Source: the human T2T-CHM13v2.0 reference genome, Homo sapiens
Direction: 5' to 3' (one strand)
NCBI RefSeq assembly: GCF_009914755.1
Contig: NC_060939.1
Length of the DNA: 64,000 bases
Below the pieces are notes generated by a model that had not been told where the DNA came from, searched no databases, and was given only the letters and a program-made list of their open reading frames with translations. The position numbers and the translations under genes are program-made. This document shows, piece by piece, positions 14,490 through 27,882 of this stretch. The stretch's first letter is position 1, and each line of letters begins with the position of its first letter.

Positions 14490-14634
14490 CCATGGGTGGA
14501 GCCTGTGCCTGGATGACCCGCCTGCCAAGGACATCATTGACTTCCCATCAGTGCTGCCTGGGGTCCTCTATGATGTGAGCCACCAGTGCCACCTCCAGTA
14601 TGGGGCCTACTCTGCCTTCTGCGAGGACATGGAT
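14490..14634 (+). pseudogene. ADAMTS7P1: ADAMTS7P exon 9-equivalent (GWSLCLDDPPAKDIIDFPSVLPGVLYDVSHQC...)
   Basis: tag|...GAT|gtgagt; start of disintegrin-like domain. Confidence 0.92.
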
Positions 14635-15235
14635 GTGAGTGGGGCCGGTGTGGGTGTGGGGGTGTGGGGACCCGACAGGAGGGCTTAGGGGACAGCTTTC
14701 ACCAGCCTGTGGATGCCAGCTTGGGAGCAACCTCGCCTGGGCTGGGCTACGCCCCTGAGTGACACTGTGAGACGTCAAGTGGCCTGTGGGAGAGGCCAGG
14801 GATGGGCGGCCACAGACCCAGCTCTGAATTCTGGGTCAACCATGGACCGACTGTGACCCCTCGGGCAAGTCCCTTCGCCTCTCTGGAGCTGGCTCATAAG
14901 AGGGAAAAGGAACCCCTGTGGGGAGGGTCTATTTATCCTGGCGAAGATCGCCTGAAGTGATCTTCTAACAGGAGTGTTTCCAGAGGAGGCGCTGGGCCGG
15001 GAGAGGTGTGGACAGCTGAGGACCACTCTGAGCAGTGCAGCCCCGGGCGCCCCACACCACCACGTGGTCTGGGGAGGAAGGTGGGAGCAGACACACAAGA
15101 AGGGACCTCTGGGGGTCTGTGGGCCCCTGCCATGTGGAGGGGTGCCCAGGGACCCTTGGGGACAGGGAGGGGGGCAGGGTGGGTGGCGGCACTGGGGAGG
15201 GGGTGAGGCTATGGCCCATGCCCTCCTCCTCGCAG

Positions 15236-15328
15236 AATGTCTGCCACACACTCTGGTGCTCTGTGGGGACCACCTGTCACTCCAAGCTGGATGCAGCCGT
15301 GGACGGCATCCGGTGTGGGGAGAATAAG
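15236..15328 (+). pseudogene. ADAMTS7P1: ADAMTS7P exon 10-equivalent ([31 protein letters not shown])
   Basis: AG/GT bounded, disintegrin-like cysteines. Confidence 0.92.
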
Positions 15329-15724
15329 GTAGGCGATGTTCCCAGTCCCGGCAGTGGATGTGTGAGAGGCCAGACCTCCTGCTGTGACCGGGCCCTGGAG
15401 TCAGCCCCGGCTCACAGAGAGCCCCATGCCCTCTGCAGCCCAAGCCCCCGTCTGCAAAGTGGAGGCATTGGGGCCAGGGCTTGATTCCATGATTCTCCAG
15501 GGTGTCTTCAGCTGAGTCAGCACGTGGGCTGTTTTACTCCCTGCTCAGCGCCTCCATGTGGCCTGGGTCACAGATGATTGTGATGATTGCGAGGGGGCCT
15601 CTCTCACCTTCCATCCTTCCCCTCTGTGCCTTTTGCAGCATTCTCACACACCTTGTTCTCACTAGGGTGAGGATGACTGATAGGCTTGGGGGTGGGGTGG
15701 CTCTACCTCCGTCTGTCTCGGTAG

Positions 15725-15870
15725 TGGTGTCTCAATGGGGAGTGCATACCTGTGGGCTTCCAGCCCGAGGCCATGGATGGTGGCTGGTCTGGCTGGAGCG
15801 CCTGGTCCATCTGCTCACGGAGCTGTGGCGTGGGCATACAGAGAGCCAAGCAGCAGTGCATGCAGCCTAT
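15725..15870 (+). pseudogene. ADAMTS7P1: ADAMTS7P exon 11-equivalent (TSR1, WSGWSAWSICSRSCG)
   Basis: WxxWxxW thrombospondin motif; AG/GT bounded. Confidence 0.92.
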
Positions 15871-17257
15871 GTGAGTGTGGGGCCCAGGGTGCCCTGGGCA
15901 ATGGGACAGAGGGACCCAGGCAGTCAGCCGATTGCAGGAGCTTGGCTCTGTGCCAGCCCCTGGCTCTTAGAAGTGTCCTCATAATGGTCAGTCTGAGTGT
16001 CCAGGCCACCTTGAGTCACTTTCAAGGAGTGTTCTGAGGGCTGACAGGGTCCCCACTGCTGACCCCTTTGCAGAAAGGGGGACACTGAGGCCCAGAGACT
16101 GGAGAGACTCAGCAGAGGCCACGTGGCAAAGCAGCTGCTGGCTGGAAGGAGGCAGGAGAGGGCAGTGGGGAAGAGCATGGGCCCTGGACCTTAGATGGCT
16201 CAGGGTTCGAATCCCCTCTTCACCCCTTCTCTGGGCCTCCGTTTCCCCACCTGTATAATAGCAGTGCCCATCCAGTAAAGTTGTAGTCAGGGGCAAATGC
16301 AGTTTATGCAGGCCAGCCCCTCAGCCCTGCAGCTCATCTGTAGTGGGCACTCAGCAGGAGGGGCTTGGTGGCCTCAGAGGCACAACAAGGGCCTGAGATG
16401 AGATGGAGCAGCTGGGAGGATGGGACAGCACTGAAGGGGTGGCCTGAGGTGAGTGACTTCACCTCTCTGGATCTCTGTTTCCCCATCTAAATGGGGGGGC
16501 GCAGGGGGTGTGAAGATCTGGTGAGAAGCAGAGGCCAGTGGTACTGTAGACCGAGGCACTACCCGGCTGATCTTCACTTCAGGAGGCCACCCGGGGCAGG
16601 CATGGGGTTCACAGTCGGCCCCACCCAGGGCCCTGCGCTTACCCAAGACTGGCCTGTGCCCCTCCCTGCCTCCTGGCCTCCAGGTCTGAGCTGAGTGGAG
16701 GCCAGCGACCCTGGCCTAAATGTGGAGGATTTCAGGAGCTGTGCTCCATCATACCTTTCAGCTGGCTGGGGCCCTGGGCGCTTCCTTTAGACCCAGGCTG
16801 GGGGTACTGCCACCAGGAGGAAGGCTGAGGACTCAAGGGCTCGTTAGGATGCTGGTGTCATGGGCTGGAGACTCGGATTAGTCCCTCCAGCCAGTGCCAG
16901 TCATGCCTGCAGCTTGTCCCAGCTTCTCAACAGCCCTCTGCAGGGGCAGCCCCAACCCCACTTTATACATGAGGAAACTGAGGCCCAGAGGGTGGCCGAA
17001 GACTTGTCCACGATCACACAGCAGGTTGGGGGCAGAGCTCAGGCTTCCTGCTGCCACCTCCCCACAGGTCCCTACAGACAGGGAGGGTGTGTCTGGGCCA
17101 CAGGGTGGGCAACCCAAGGGAGGGAAGCAGCGTGCACAAAGCTGGGCAGCAGGGATCTTGGGGTGTGGGTGCAGGAGGAAGCTGCTTGCTCTGGGCTGTG
17201 GCCATGCAGTAGCACTCACTGGGCCCTCACTGGGGTCCACCCCGGTTCTCCCCACAG

Positions 17258-17427
17258 GCCCAGATACAAAGGCAGATACTGTGTGGGTAAGCGGAAGCGC
17301 TTCCGCCTCTGCAACCTGCAGGCCTGCCCCGCTGGCCGCCCCTCCTTCCGCCACGTCCAGTGCAGCCACTTTGACGCTATGCTCTACGAGGGCCAGCTGC
17401 ACACATGGGTGCCCATGGTCAATGACG
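17258..17427 (+). pseudogene. ADAMTS7P1: ADAMTS7P exon 12-equivalent (PRYKGRYCVGKRKRFRLCNLQACP...)
   Basis: AG/GT bounded; TSR1 end and Cys-rich start. Confidence 0.92.
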
Positions 17428-17753
17428 GTGAGTGCTGCCTCCCATGGAAACATTGAGACTCAGAGGGCGGCGAGCGGGGTGTGGGTCCAAGGTTACCCTG
17501 TGATGCAAGCAGGAGACCCAGTCTCCACCCCAAGCCTGGGCCACTCCCACTGTCCCCTGGGGCTGCTGCTCGCCCCTAGCTCCCCAGTCTGCAGCCTTGC
17601 AGATAGCTACCAGCCCAGCCGGAGCCTCCAGCATGTTTGTGCTGCTTGGGAGCCTCCAGCCTGCCATGGATGTGTGTCACGGAGGGGTCTTCCTGGTGGC
17701 CTCCATACTCCCGCTCCAGCTGTTGCTGATGACTCTTCTACTTGGGCCCCCAG

Positions 17754-17887
17754 TGAACCCCTGTGAGCTGCACTGCCGGCCCGCGAATGAGTACTTTGCC
17801 AAGAAGCTGCGGGACGCCGTGGTTGATGGCACCCCCTGCTACCAGGTCCGAGCCAGCCGGGACCTCTGCATCAATGGCATCTGTAAG
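17754..17887 (+). pseudogene. ADAMTS7P1: ADAMTS7P exon 13-equivalent (NPCELHCRP...VVDGTPC...CINGICK)
   Basis: Cys-rich domain; AG/GT bounded. Confidence 0.92.
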
Positions 17888-18145
17888 GTGTGCCTGGTTA
17901 GGAAGAGGCTCTCCCAGCACTGCCTGCCCCCAGCCCCACTGGCGGGCCCCAGGTTCTCTCCTGGTCCTCCTCGGGCCACCCTCCCCATGCTCTACCATTG
18001 GGCTTCCCAGCCCCTACCCTCTATGACCTCTAAGGCAAAGCCCCTACCACGCCTCCTGGCACTGGGGACCCCCCCCAGTCAGGCCTCGCCCCACTGCGTC
18101 TCCTTGGATGCCTGCACCAGCACCGCCCCAGCCAGGAAACCGGAG

Positions 18146-18231
18146 CCCAGGCAGTGGCTTGACCTCTTGCTGGCTGGCTGACCCCAGGCAGTGGCTTGAC
18201 CTCTTGCTGGCTGGCTGACCCCAGGCAGTGG
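18146..18231. repeat. 37-bp tandem repeat x2.3
   Basis: cccaggcagtggcttgacctcttgctggctggctgac repeated. Confidence 0.92.
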
Positions 18232-18827
18232 TTTGCTCCCTGATAGAGGGGTTAAATGAGGTGGCACAGGTGACATGAAGGGCTCTGAGCCCCGAAGAGT
18301 AGGCCTCAGTGTTTGGTAACAATTTATATTCTTATTTTTAATAACAACGATGGCCTCTCCTCTTTACCCATGTCTCCAGCCACCTACTTGTCCTTGCTTC
18401 TTGCCCTCTAAACCACTGGGGTATCAAGGCCTGGGCTCCGAGGAGGACCAGGAGGGAGGTGCCAACCCCCAGTGCCTTTGACGTTGAAATTCCCTGCACG
18501 CGCTGCTCAGGAGCCCGTGGCGTGTCAGATCCCCTGCCTGCCCGCAGGCTTTGCAGAACTCTTCCCTTCTCTTGTCTCTTGTGATGCTCATGACATGCCT
18601 TTAAGGGAGGGGTGGGTCTCCCTGTCTCACATCTGAGGAAACTGAGGCTCAGGGAGGTAGAGAAGTTCACCTGGGTCAGAGGCACAGCTGGGGTGGGGCA
18701 GGGCCAGAGAGAGGCCTCCCGACCCCCACTCCCAGCTTTCTTCTCCTGACCCTGGCTGGCCCCCGGGGCTGGGGCCACAGAGGGCTGGCCGCCAGCACCA
18801 GGGGCCTCCCCTCCTCGTGTGTTGCAG

Positions 18828-18949
18828 AACGTGGGGCTGTGACTTTGAGATTGACTCTGGCACTATGGAGGACCGCTGTGGCGTGTGCCACGGCAACGGC
18901 TCCACCTGCCACACCGTGAGTGGGACCTTCGAGGAGGCCGAGGGCCTGG
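18828..18949 (+). pseudogene. ADAMTS7P1: ADAMTS7P exon 14-equivalent (GCDFEIDSGTMEDRCGVCHGNGSTC), +1 G frameshift
   Basis: aacgtggggctgt has one more G than NVGC requires. Confidence 0.9.
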
Positions 18950-20203
18950 GTATGGGGTGGGACCACTGTGGGGAGGGGTGTGCTCTTCACCTGGTGGCCC
19001 CTTCCCCATCTCCCCCGGGCCCCTGTCCTTGGCCTCGTGGCCCCCACCCAGCCTAGAGATGGCTAAGCAGGGAGGGCTTGCTGGGGTGGATTCTTGCAGG
19101 AGTCAGGGGACCCCTGGCCCACACGCAGAGACCTGTCCCCATGGGGAGTCTTCCTGTCCCAGAGACCCCAGGCAGGGCCACCCCGACTTGTGTGTGGCCC
19201 CTGGGCCTTTCAAAGAATGGTCGTCTCCTCCTGAATCTTCTGAGACCCCCAGCTCCATGCCCTCACCTCTGGTCTGTTTTGCACATGTTGCTGAAGTACT
19301 GACTGTGTGCTAGGTGATGAGGACATGCAGGTGAAGCGCTCAGTCCTGAAGGGGGACAGAACCTTCTGGTGTGATCAGTGCAGTGGAGGGAGGCCCAGAG
19401 GGCTGTGGGAGCACTGAGGAAGAAGGTCCTGGCCTGGGGAAGTCAGGGAAGGTTTCCTGCAGGAGGCGGAAGTTGAGCTGAATCATAAAACTCAGAAGAG
19501 ATGGAAGGGGCATTCCAAATGGAGGAAAGAGCTTGCGCCAGAGCCCTGGAGGCAAGAAGGGAAGGCAGGGCCAGCTATGGGGCCTTGAGTGCCAGGCTGA
19601 GAAGCTTAGATTTCATCCCAGAGATGCAGTGCAGTGTGGTGGATAAAGCACTGGCCCTGGAGGCTGCTTATATTGCAGCAGGACGCTCATGCACGTTACT
19701 CTCCCTGTCTGCCTCACTTTGCTCATCTGTAAAATGGGGTTAACAATAGTACCATGCTATAGGGCCATTACCCATGAGCTTACACATGTGAAGTGCTGAG
19801 AGTAGTGCCCGGCACGTGATGGGTGTGATGGAAGTGAATGAATAAAAGCAGGCTGCGTGGGGATGAGGAGGGTGTCCCAGGAGAAAGGCCTGGGCACTTT
19901 GGTTTTTTTTAGAAAGAGAATGCCAGCCGGCCCTTAGAGTAGGGGATGGATCCAGCCTTATGATGAGACCAGTTTAGGTCCCCAAGAGAGGAGTGACGGG
20001 GCATGGCCACGGGGTCAGGATTTGTGGCACCTCCGCAAGGTTTTGGTGACCCATGACAGATCCGAGCAATTTGGGGAGCTCAGACTTTAAAGCTAATGGC
20101 GAAATCTTTGGCATCAGCAGGCGGAGGCAAGTGGGGAGAGATGTGAGGGGAGCAGGTGGGGATAAGCAAGCTTCTCACCCCAGGCACAACCCTTGCCTGA
20201 CAG

Positions 20204-20448
20204 GGTATGTGGACGTGGGGCTGATCCCAGCCAGCACACGTGAGGTCCGCATCCAGGAGGTGGCTGAGGCTGCCAACTTCCTGGCACTGCAGAGCGAGGA
20301 CCCGGAGAAGTACTTCCTCAATGGTGGCTGGACCATCCAGTAGAACGGGGACTACCAGGTGGCAGGGACCACCGTCACATACGCACGCAGGGGCAACTGG
20401 GAGAACCTCACGTCCCCGGGTCCCACCAAGGAGCCTGTCTGGATCCAG
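20204..20448 (+). pseudogene. ADAMTS7P1: ADAMTS7P exon 15-equivalent (spacer), nonsense TAG at 20341
   Basis: YVDVGLIP...[19 protein letters not shown]...PVWIQ. Confidence 0.92.
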
Positions 20449-20729
20449 GTGCCTGCCTCCCGAGGCCCAGGCGTGGGGAGCAGAGGTGGAGTCCCCAGGC
20501 CCAGCACCTCCCATGGTAGGTCTCGTCCTGGAGGAGTGAGCCCTGGGTTAGTCACAGAGCCTGGCTCTGAGCCAGACCCTCCTGCTGAGGCCTCTACCTC
20601 GGTTTCCCCATCTTTAAGATGGCCCAACTGTGTAGCTGCAGTTCACAGAGGTGGCTGGGGTCAGCTCCTTTAAGACTGGGTGGATGGAGAAGACACCTCG
20701 TGCTCACGGGCCCCCGCCTGCCCACCCAG

Positions 20730-20871
20730 CTGCTGTTCCAGGAGAGCAACCCTGGGGTGCACTACGAGTACACCATCCACAGGGAGGCAGGTGGCCATGG
20801 CGAGGTCCCGCCGCCCGAGTTCTCCTGGCACTGTGGGCCCTGGACCAAGTGTACAGTCACCTGTGGCAGAG
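20730..20871 (+). pseudogene. ADAMTS7P1: ADAMTS7P exon 16-equivalent (LLFQESNPGVHYEY...WTKCTVTCGR)
   Basis: AG/GT bounded. Confidence 0.92.
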
Positions 20872-21289
20872 GTGAGAAGTGGGGCAGGCACAGCCCCGCC
20901 AGCAGGGGCTTCATCTCTGGACAGGGACACCGGCTTCAGCTCCCAGCTCACTGCTGGGCCACCATGGGTTTAGAAGTTTGCTTCTCTGAGCCTCAGTTCC
21001 CCATCTGTGAGATGAGGCTAGCAACCGCCCCATGTCCCAGGCCCACTGGGAGGGTAAATGGATGAGGCAGGTGGGTGCTGGCTCGCGGCGTGTGCTCAGT
21101 GTGCTGCAGCTCTTGGCGTTCTCCCTCCAGTGGACACAGCTCCCCCTTGATTTTGTCCTTGCTCAGCTCCGGCAGGTTTTGTGCCTGCATTTCTGCTGCG
21201 TCCCGGAGACCAGCCCAGGCCCCTCACCACATGACTTATTTCCCTGAACTATTTATGAAAAGTAGGGCAATTTCATTAACTCCGACTCT

Positions 21290-21715
21290 TCCTCCCCATA
21301 TTTCCCTCAGTCTCCCCCCATGCTCCTCAGTCTCCCCTCTCTGTCTCTTTGTCTCCTCCCCACTGCTCCTCAGTCTCCCCTCTGCCCCTCCGTCTCCTCC
21401 CATACTCCTCAGTCTCCCCCCATGCCTCTCAGTCTCCCCCCATACCCCTCGGTCTGCCCCCATACCCCTCGGTCTCCCCCCAATATCCCTCAGTTTCCCT
21501 CCGGCCCTCCAGTACCCCCGCCACGCCCCTCAGTCTTCCTCCCCCGGCTCGGTCTCCCCCGCCATTCCTTGGTCTCCCCCCAGCCCCCCAGTCCCCCCCG
21601 ATGCCCCTTGGTCTTCCTCCCCCTGCTCGGTCTGCCCTGCTGTTCCTCGATCTCCCCACACCTCAGTCTCCCCCTTTGTCTCTTAGTCCTCCCCTTTCCC
21701 CCTCAGTCTTCCCAT
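21290..21715. repeat. Degenerate C-rich minisatellite (ctc(a/g)gtctcccc core)
   Basis: Core recurs about every 20 bp. Confidence 0.85.
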
Positions 21716-21801
21716 CGTTGACACTCAGTATCCTCAGGGTCTCAGAATCGGGAATCTGATATACAGACGTTTGAGCATTCCTTCAAATGCTATTATGATG
21801 A

Positions 21802-22303
<502 letters not shown>

Positions 22304-23675
22304 TAGGAGCGTCTGCAGAGGCAAGTGCCCTGTGGTGGCTGGAAGAGACAGGGGTTCTTTGTCTCAGGCAGGAAGTCCCAGGTGCACAGTCCAAGCTGGC
22401 GGGACCTGGAGCTGACTGGCCCTCAGCCACACCATCCTTGCCATAGCAGCCTCCCCTCCACTCCTGCTTGCCACAGATGGTGTCCTCCCTTCCAGGGCTC
22501 TTGCAGTGTTCTAGGCAAGAAGGAGAGAGGAAAGGGCTGACTCCCAGCGAGGGACTTGTGCCTTTTTCTCCTGAGCCAGGACTGTGTCCCAGACCCCCCT
22601 AGTTGCAAGGGAGCGGCAGTGGGGTGTGTTTTCAGCAGGTCCCACTGCTGCCTTGAACAAAATCAGACTCTGTTGGTGAGGAAAGAGGGGGATGGATGTG
22701 GGACTGGCAGCTCAGGGGAGGGACAACTTACTCTCGGGACCACGGGGCAGGGGGTGGAGCAGAGAAGGCAGAGCCACCAGCAGACGGGGTCCTGCAGCTG
22801 GGCCTCAACAGGCAGTATGGAAGTGAGTGTCCAAGGTGAGGAACGTGGCTGTGCAAAGTCCCCAGGTTGGACAGTGGCAGAGAATGTAAAGGACTGGAGC
22901 AGTGCCAAGGCTGGTGTGGGGATGGAGAGCAGGGGCTGTCCATTGATGCCCCATTTCTTGTCCAGACATTCTCTGATCCATTGGGAAGGGTGTGGATGGT
23001 GGGACCGTGTGTCAGTGGTCCCTGGACACACTGGGCCCTGAAGGCTCAGGCAGCGGCTCCTCTAGCCATGAGCTCTTCAGTGAGGCTGACTTCATCCTGC
23101 GCCACCTGGCCCCATGCCCTTCACCCGCCTCATCACCCAAGCCAATCCCAGGAAGGAGCAGAGGGAGCTGGTCTTTCATTCTCTTCCCAAGGCTGAAGCC
23201 CCAGACCCCGGTCACCCCTCACTCCAGCCTGGGCCACCCTGGACACTTATGGTCCTCCTCTTTGGGTCCCTGGATGTGGAAATAGGCCTCAGGTCACATT
23301 CAGTTTCCCTGAGGGGAAGGTGGCAGGAGCCACGGCTGGGTTTGCATGCTAGCAGCAGCTGGCATGGATCGAGCTCCTAGGATGTGCCGGGCACGGGCCG
23401 AGCCTGCACATGCAAGAACACATGCAGTCCTCCCTCCAGGACATGGAGGAGGCAGGATTGTTGCTCCCACTTCACAGAGGAGGACGCTGAGGTTCAGAGA
23501 GGCCAAATGAGCTGCCCAGGCATCTCAGCTAGGATGCAGAGGGTCTGGGCACCCAACCCACTAAACCTCCACACTCTGCCACCCCTCCAGGGGCAGTCAG
23601 AGGGGAAGCTACATAGGAGAGGGGGTGGGTGAGAACCAGGAGGACAGCAAGGAGGCGACGGTGGAGGTCTGCCTT

Positions 23676-23720
23676 CATCCTGACATGGGCAGTAAGGCAT
23701 CCTGACATGGGCAGTAAGGC
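23676..23720. repeat. Perfect 22-bp tandem duplication
   Basis: catcctgacatgggcagtaagg x2. Confidence 0.92.
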
Positions 23721-23815
23721 GCTGTTCTGGGAGGGTTCTGGCAGAGAGGGTGTCTTTGGGTCTTGGGCGGTGGGCACCTGGGTGCCAGTCCCAGGCTGAA
23801 CGCCATGGCCCCTAG

Positions 23816-23942
23816 GTGTGCAGAGGCAGAGTGTGTACTGCTCGGAGCGGCAGGCAGGGCCCGTGGACGAGGAGCACTGTGACCCCCTGGGCCGGCCCGA
23901 TGACTGCCAGAGGAAGTGCAGCCAGCAGCCCTGCCCTGCCAG
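23816..23942 (+). pseudogene. ADAMTS7P1: ADAMTS7P exon 17-equivalent (VQRQSVYCSERQAGPVDEEHC...QPCPA)
   Basis: AG/GT bounded TSR exon. Confidence 0.9.
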
Positions 23943-24409
23943 GTGAGCCCGCCCCCATCCCCTACCAACTCCCCACCCCCAGGCATCCTGGGTCTGCCAC
24001 AGGCCCCTACATCTGGGTCCCCAGAGGCCCCAGGGAGGAGCAGAGGGAGCTGGGCTTTCATTCTCTTCCCAAGGCTGAAGCCCCAACCCCCGGTCACCTC
24101 TCACCCCAGCCTGGGCCAGCCTGGACACCTATGGTCCTCCTCTTTGGGTCCCTGGATGTGGAAATAGGCCTCAGGTCATGCTCAGTTTCCCTGAGGGGAA
24201 GGTGGCAGGAGTGGAGGGGCTGTGCCTTGTCACCAGACTTTGAGGGCAGGACACTTACCTGAGCTTGGAGCTCTGGAGAATCATCCACTGGCTTCTGGCA
24301 CTGCCCAAACCCCGAGGGCCTGGAAACCCAGCCTGGCCCTCCCTGCTGGTGAGCCTGTCAATGCCACCTGTCTGATGCCATACTGATGACACCTGTGTGC
24401 CCTCAGCAG

Positions 24410-24623
24410 GTGGTGGGCAGGTGAGTGGCAGCTGTGCTCCAGCTCCTGCGGGCCTGGGGGCCTCTCCTGCCAGGCTGTGCTCTGCATCCGCAGCGTGGGG
24501 CTGGATGAGCAGAGCGCCCTGAAGCCACCCGCCTGTGAACACCTTCCCCGGCCCCCTACTGAAACCCCTTGCAACCACCATGTGCCCTGTCCGGCCACGT
24601 AGGCTGTGGGGAACTGGTCTCAG
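24410..24623 (+). pseudogene. ADAMTS7P1: ADAMTS7P exon 18-equivalent, nonsense TAG at 24600
   Basis: WWAGEWQLCSSSCG...VPCPAT*AVGNWSQ. Confidence 0.9.
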
Positions 24624-24950
24624 GTGAGTGTGGGATGGGAAGGTGCCCGCCTCCAGCCCCACCCTTGGTCTTCAGCTACAGGGAGGCAGACAGCCTTCCT
24701 GGAGACCTTGTGGGTGGGAGGGAACCTGGGCATTCCAGGGTCCAGCCCCTGACTCTAAAGCCTCAGGGATCAGGAAGCCCCTGGCAAGCATGGCCACAGT
24801 CATGGCCTTGAGCTGGGAAGGGCCAGAGAGGGCTGGCTGGGGTCTCTGCCACTCTGACATCAGGCAGTGGACAGGTTACCCAGCCTTGCCCCAGCGTCCC
24901 CTGGCAGCCTGCCTCCCAGGCTAAGCCCCTCACCCTGGCTTCCCCTGCAG

Positions 24951-26356
24951 TGCTCAGTGACATATGAGGAAGGGACTCAGCACCGAAATGTCCTCTGCAT
25001 CAGTGACACCGGTGTCCCCTGTGACGAGGCCCAGCAGCCAGCCAGCGAAGTCACCTGCTCTCTGCCACCCTGTTGGTGGCCCCTGGACACACTGGGCCCT
25101 GAAGGCTCAGGCAGCGGCTCCTCCAGCCACGAGCTCTTCAACGAGGCTGACTTCATCCCGCGCCACCTGGCCCCACGCCCTTCACCCGCCTCATCACCCA
25201 AGCCAGGCACCATGGGCAACGCCATTGAGGAGGAGGCTCCAAAGCTGGACCTGCCGGGGCCCGTGTTTGTGGACGACTTCTACTACGACTACAATTTCAT
25301 CAGCTTCCACGAGGATCTGTCCTTACGGGCCCTCTGAGGAGCCCGATCTAGACCTGGCGGGGACAGGGGATCGGACGCCCCCACCACACAGCCGTCCTGC
25401 TGCGCCCTCCACGGGTAGCCCTGTGCCTGCCACAGAGCCTCCTGCAGCCAAGGAGGAAGGGGCAACGGGACCTTGGTCCCCGAGCCCTTGGCCTAGCCAG
25501 GCTGGCCGCTCCCCACCCCCACCCTCAGAGCAGACCCCTGGGAACCCTTTGATCAATTTCCTGCCTGAGGAAGACACCCCCATAGGGGCCCCAGATCTTG
25601 GGCTCCCCAGCCTGCCCTGGCCCAGGGTTTCCACTGATGGCCTGCAGACGCCTGCCGCCCCTGAGAGCCAAAATGATTTCCCAGTTGGCAAGGACAGCCA
25701 GAGCCAGCTGCCCTCTCCATGGCAGGACAGGACCAACGAGGTTTTCAAATGATGAGGGACCCAAGGGCTGCGGAGCACCCCACCTGCCCCCGAGACCCAG
25801 CCCCACGCTGCCCACTTTGTACCCGGTCAGCAGCACCCACTCCTCTCCTAGTCCTGACGTGGCGGAGCTGTGGACAGGAGGGACAGTAGCCTGGGAGTCA
25901 GCTCTGGAGGGTGGCCTGGGGCCTGTGGATAGTGAACTGTGGCCCACTGTTAGGGTGGCTTCTCTCCCTCCTCCTCCCATAGCCCCTTTGCCAGAGATGA
26001 AGGGCAAGGACAGTCCCCTGCAGCCGGGGACTCCCACCTTCCCAACCCCAGGACCAGGCTTATGGGACCTTCAGACTGTGGCAGTGTGGGGGACCTTCCT
26101 CCCCACAACCCTGACTGACCTCGGGCACACGCCTGAGCCTGCCCTGAACCCAGGACCCAAGGGTCAGCCTGAGTCCCTCAGCCCTGAGGTGCCCCTGAGC
26201 TCTAGGCTGCTGTCCATGCCAGCTTGGGACAGCCCCGCCAACAGCCACAGAGCCCCTGAGACCCAGCCACTGCCTCCCAGCCTGGCTGAAGCGGGGCCCC
26301 CCACGGACCCGTTGGTTGTCAGGAACGCCGGCTGACAAGTGGGAAACTGGAGCGAG
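24951..26356 (+). pseudogene. ADAMTS7P1: ADAMTS7P exon 19-equivalent (TSR plus mucin/proteoglycan domain), two frameshifts and TGA 26333
   Basis: EGSGSG and FVDDFYYDYNFI motifs, Pro/Ser/Thr-rich, split over three ORFs; ends GAG|gcaagt (GC donor). Confidence 0.9.
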
Positions 26357-27295
26357 GCAAGTGGTGTGGGCTGGGTGGGCAGGGAGTTTGCGCAGGACCT
26401 TGGTGACTATTTCCTCATCTGAAAATGAGCAGAGTGGGACGCAGGCGCCGTCTGTCTCGCCTTCCTTGGGGCGGGGGTTCCCAGGATTAGGGGAATGAGG
26501 GGACCTGGGGCCCATTCCTGGGCAGCACAGGGGGCCTCAGGGAAGGCAGGGGCAGGCACACTCTGGCAGCACAGCATGCCCCAGGATGGAGCTGGCTCAG
26601 ACAGCTGTGCAGTGGGGAGGGTCCCTGTGTGGCCACCAGGCCCAGTCCTGCCCAGCAGGCAGCAGCTTCCCTGAGGCTCTGTCTGGCTCCTCCAGGCTGG
26701 ACTCAGCCCACTGCTACCTGGCTCTGCCCTCAGTGGCTCCACCCTCCTTTGGCAGTGACCTGCAGACGTCTGAGCTGCATGAAAGAAGCTGGCTAGTGCC
26801 CCCTCCCTGGGTCCCCAGATGGTCACTGCAGGAGAAGCAAGCTTCTGTTCAGATTCCTAATTTTGGGGTGGGAAGGGGCAGGCTGAGGCCCACAGGGCTT
26901 GTTTTGCGCGGGGATAGGCAGCGATTTGGCTGCTGGTACCAGGACCCAGCCTTCCTTCCCTGGTGCCTCTGGGAAGCGACGAGGCTGGTCAGGATAGCTG
27001 GTCAGGGGTGCCCACAGGGTCTCCTCCCCCGAACCTCTGCACCAATGACACTGGCACACAGGCCCTTTGTCCCATGTGAGCAGGGACGGCTGGTTGCTGG
27101 GGGGATTTGACTTTTCATTCTCATGGTCTTCCTGGGAGGTGGGTGAAGGAGCCTATTTTGCAAATAAGGAAACTGAGGCCCAGAAGAGGGCCCCTGTCTT
27201 GCTGAGGTCTTGCTAGCCTAGGTGGGTAGTTTCCTGGCTGTGGAGGCCTGGCGAGGATGGGCTCTGCCTGGCTTTCACGGGTCTGTGCCCCGCAG

Positions 27296-27448
27296 TGCTC
27301 CACCACCTGTGGCCTGGGTGCCCTCTGGAGGCCGGTGTGCTGTAGCTCCAGCCGGGATGAGGACTGCGACCCCGCTGGCCGGCCCCAGCCTGCCCGCCGC
27401 TGCCACCTGTGGCCCTGTGCCACCTGGCACTCAGGCAACTGGAGTAAG
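27296..27448 (+). pseudogene. ADAMTS7P1: ADAMTS7P exon 20-equivalent (CSTTCGLG...WHSGNWSK)
   Basis: AG/GT bounded TSR exon. Confidence 0.9.
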
Positions 27449-27882
27449 GTGCATGAGGATGGAGCCAGGACAGGCATCCCCAGGGCATGGGATGGAGCCC
27501 TGGTTCCCCACGGCCTGTGTTCCGAGAGCGGCAGGGAAGGGGAGGGCTCCAGGCTGCATGTCTATGTGCCTGATCGCACCGGATTCCGAATCTCTTGGGA
27601 GTCATCTCATCTTTGTCTGGCTTGGCCTGTCTCCTTTCCTCTGTATCTTTGACCCCATCTGGACTTGTTCCTCCCTTTCTCTGTCTGTCCCAGCCCATGG
27701 CAGCCCCTGGCCATGCCACCTTTTGCCTGGGGCCTGCCAGCCTTGGCCTCTCGCTGGGGCTCTTCAGGGATTTGCCCCCGGCTGGGGCGTGGGTCTGATG
27801 CCTTTCCTGCCACACGCCTCACGGGGTCACGCCTGTGGGCCTGCACGTGGGGATGTGTCCACACAAGTCTCTCGGTCCCCAG

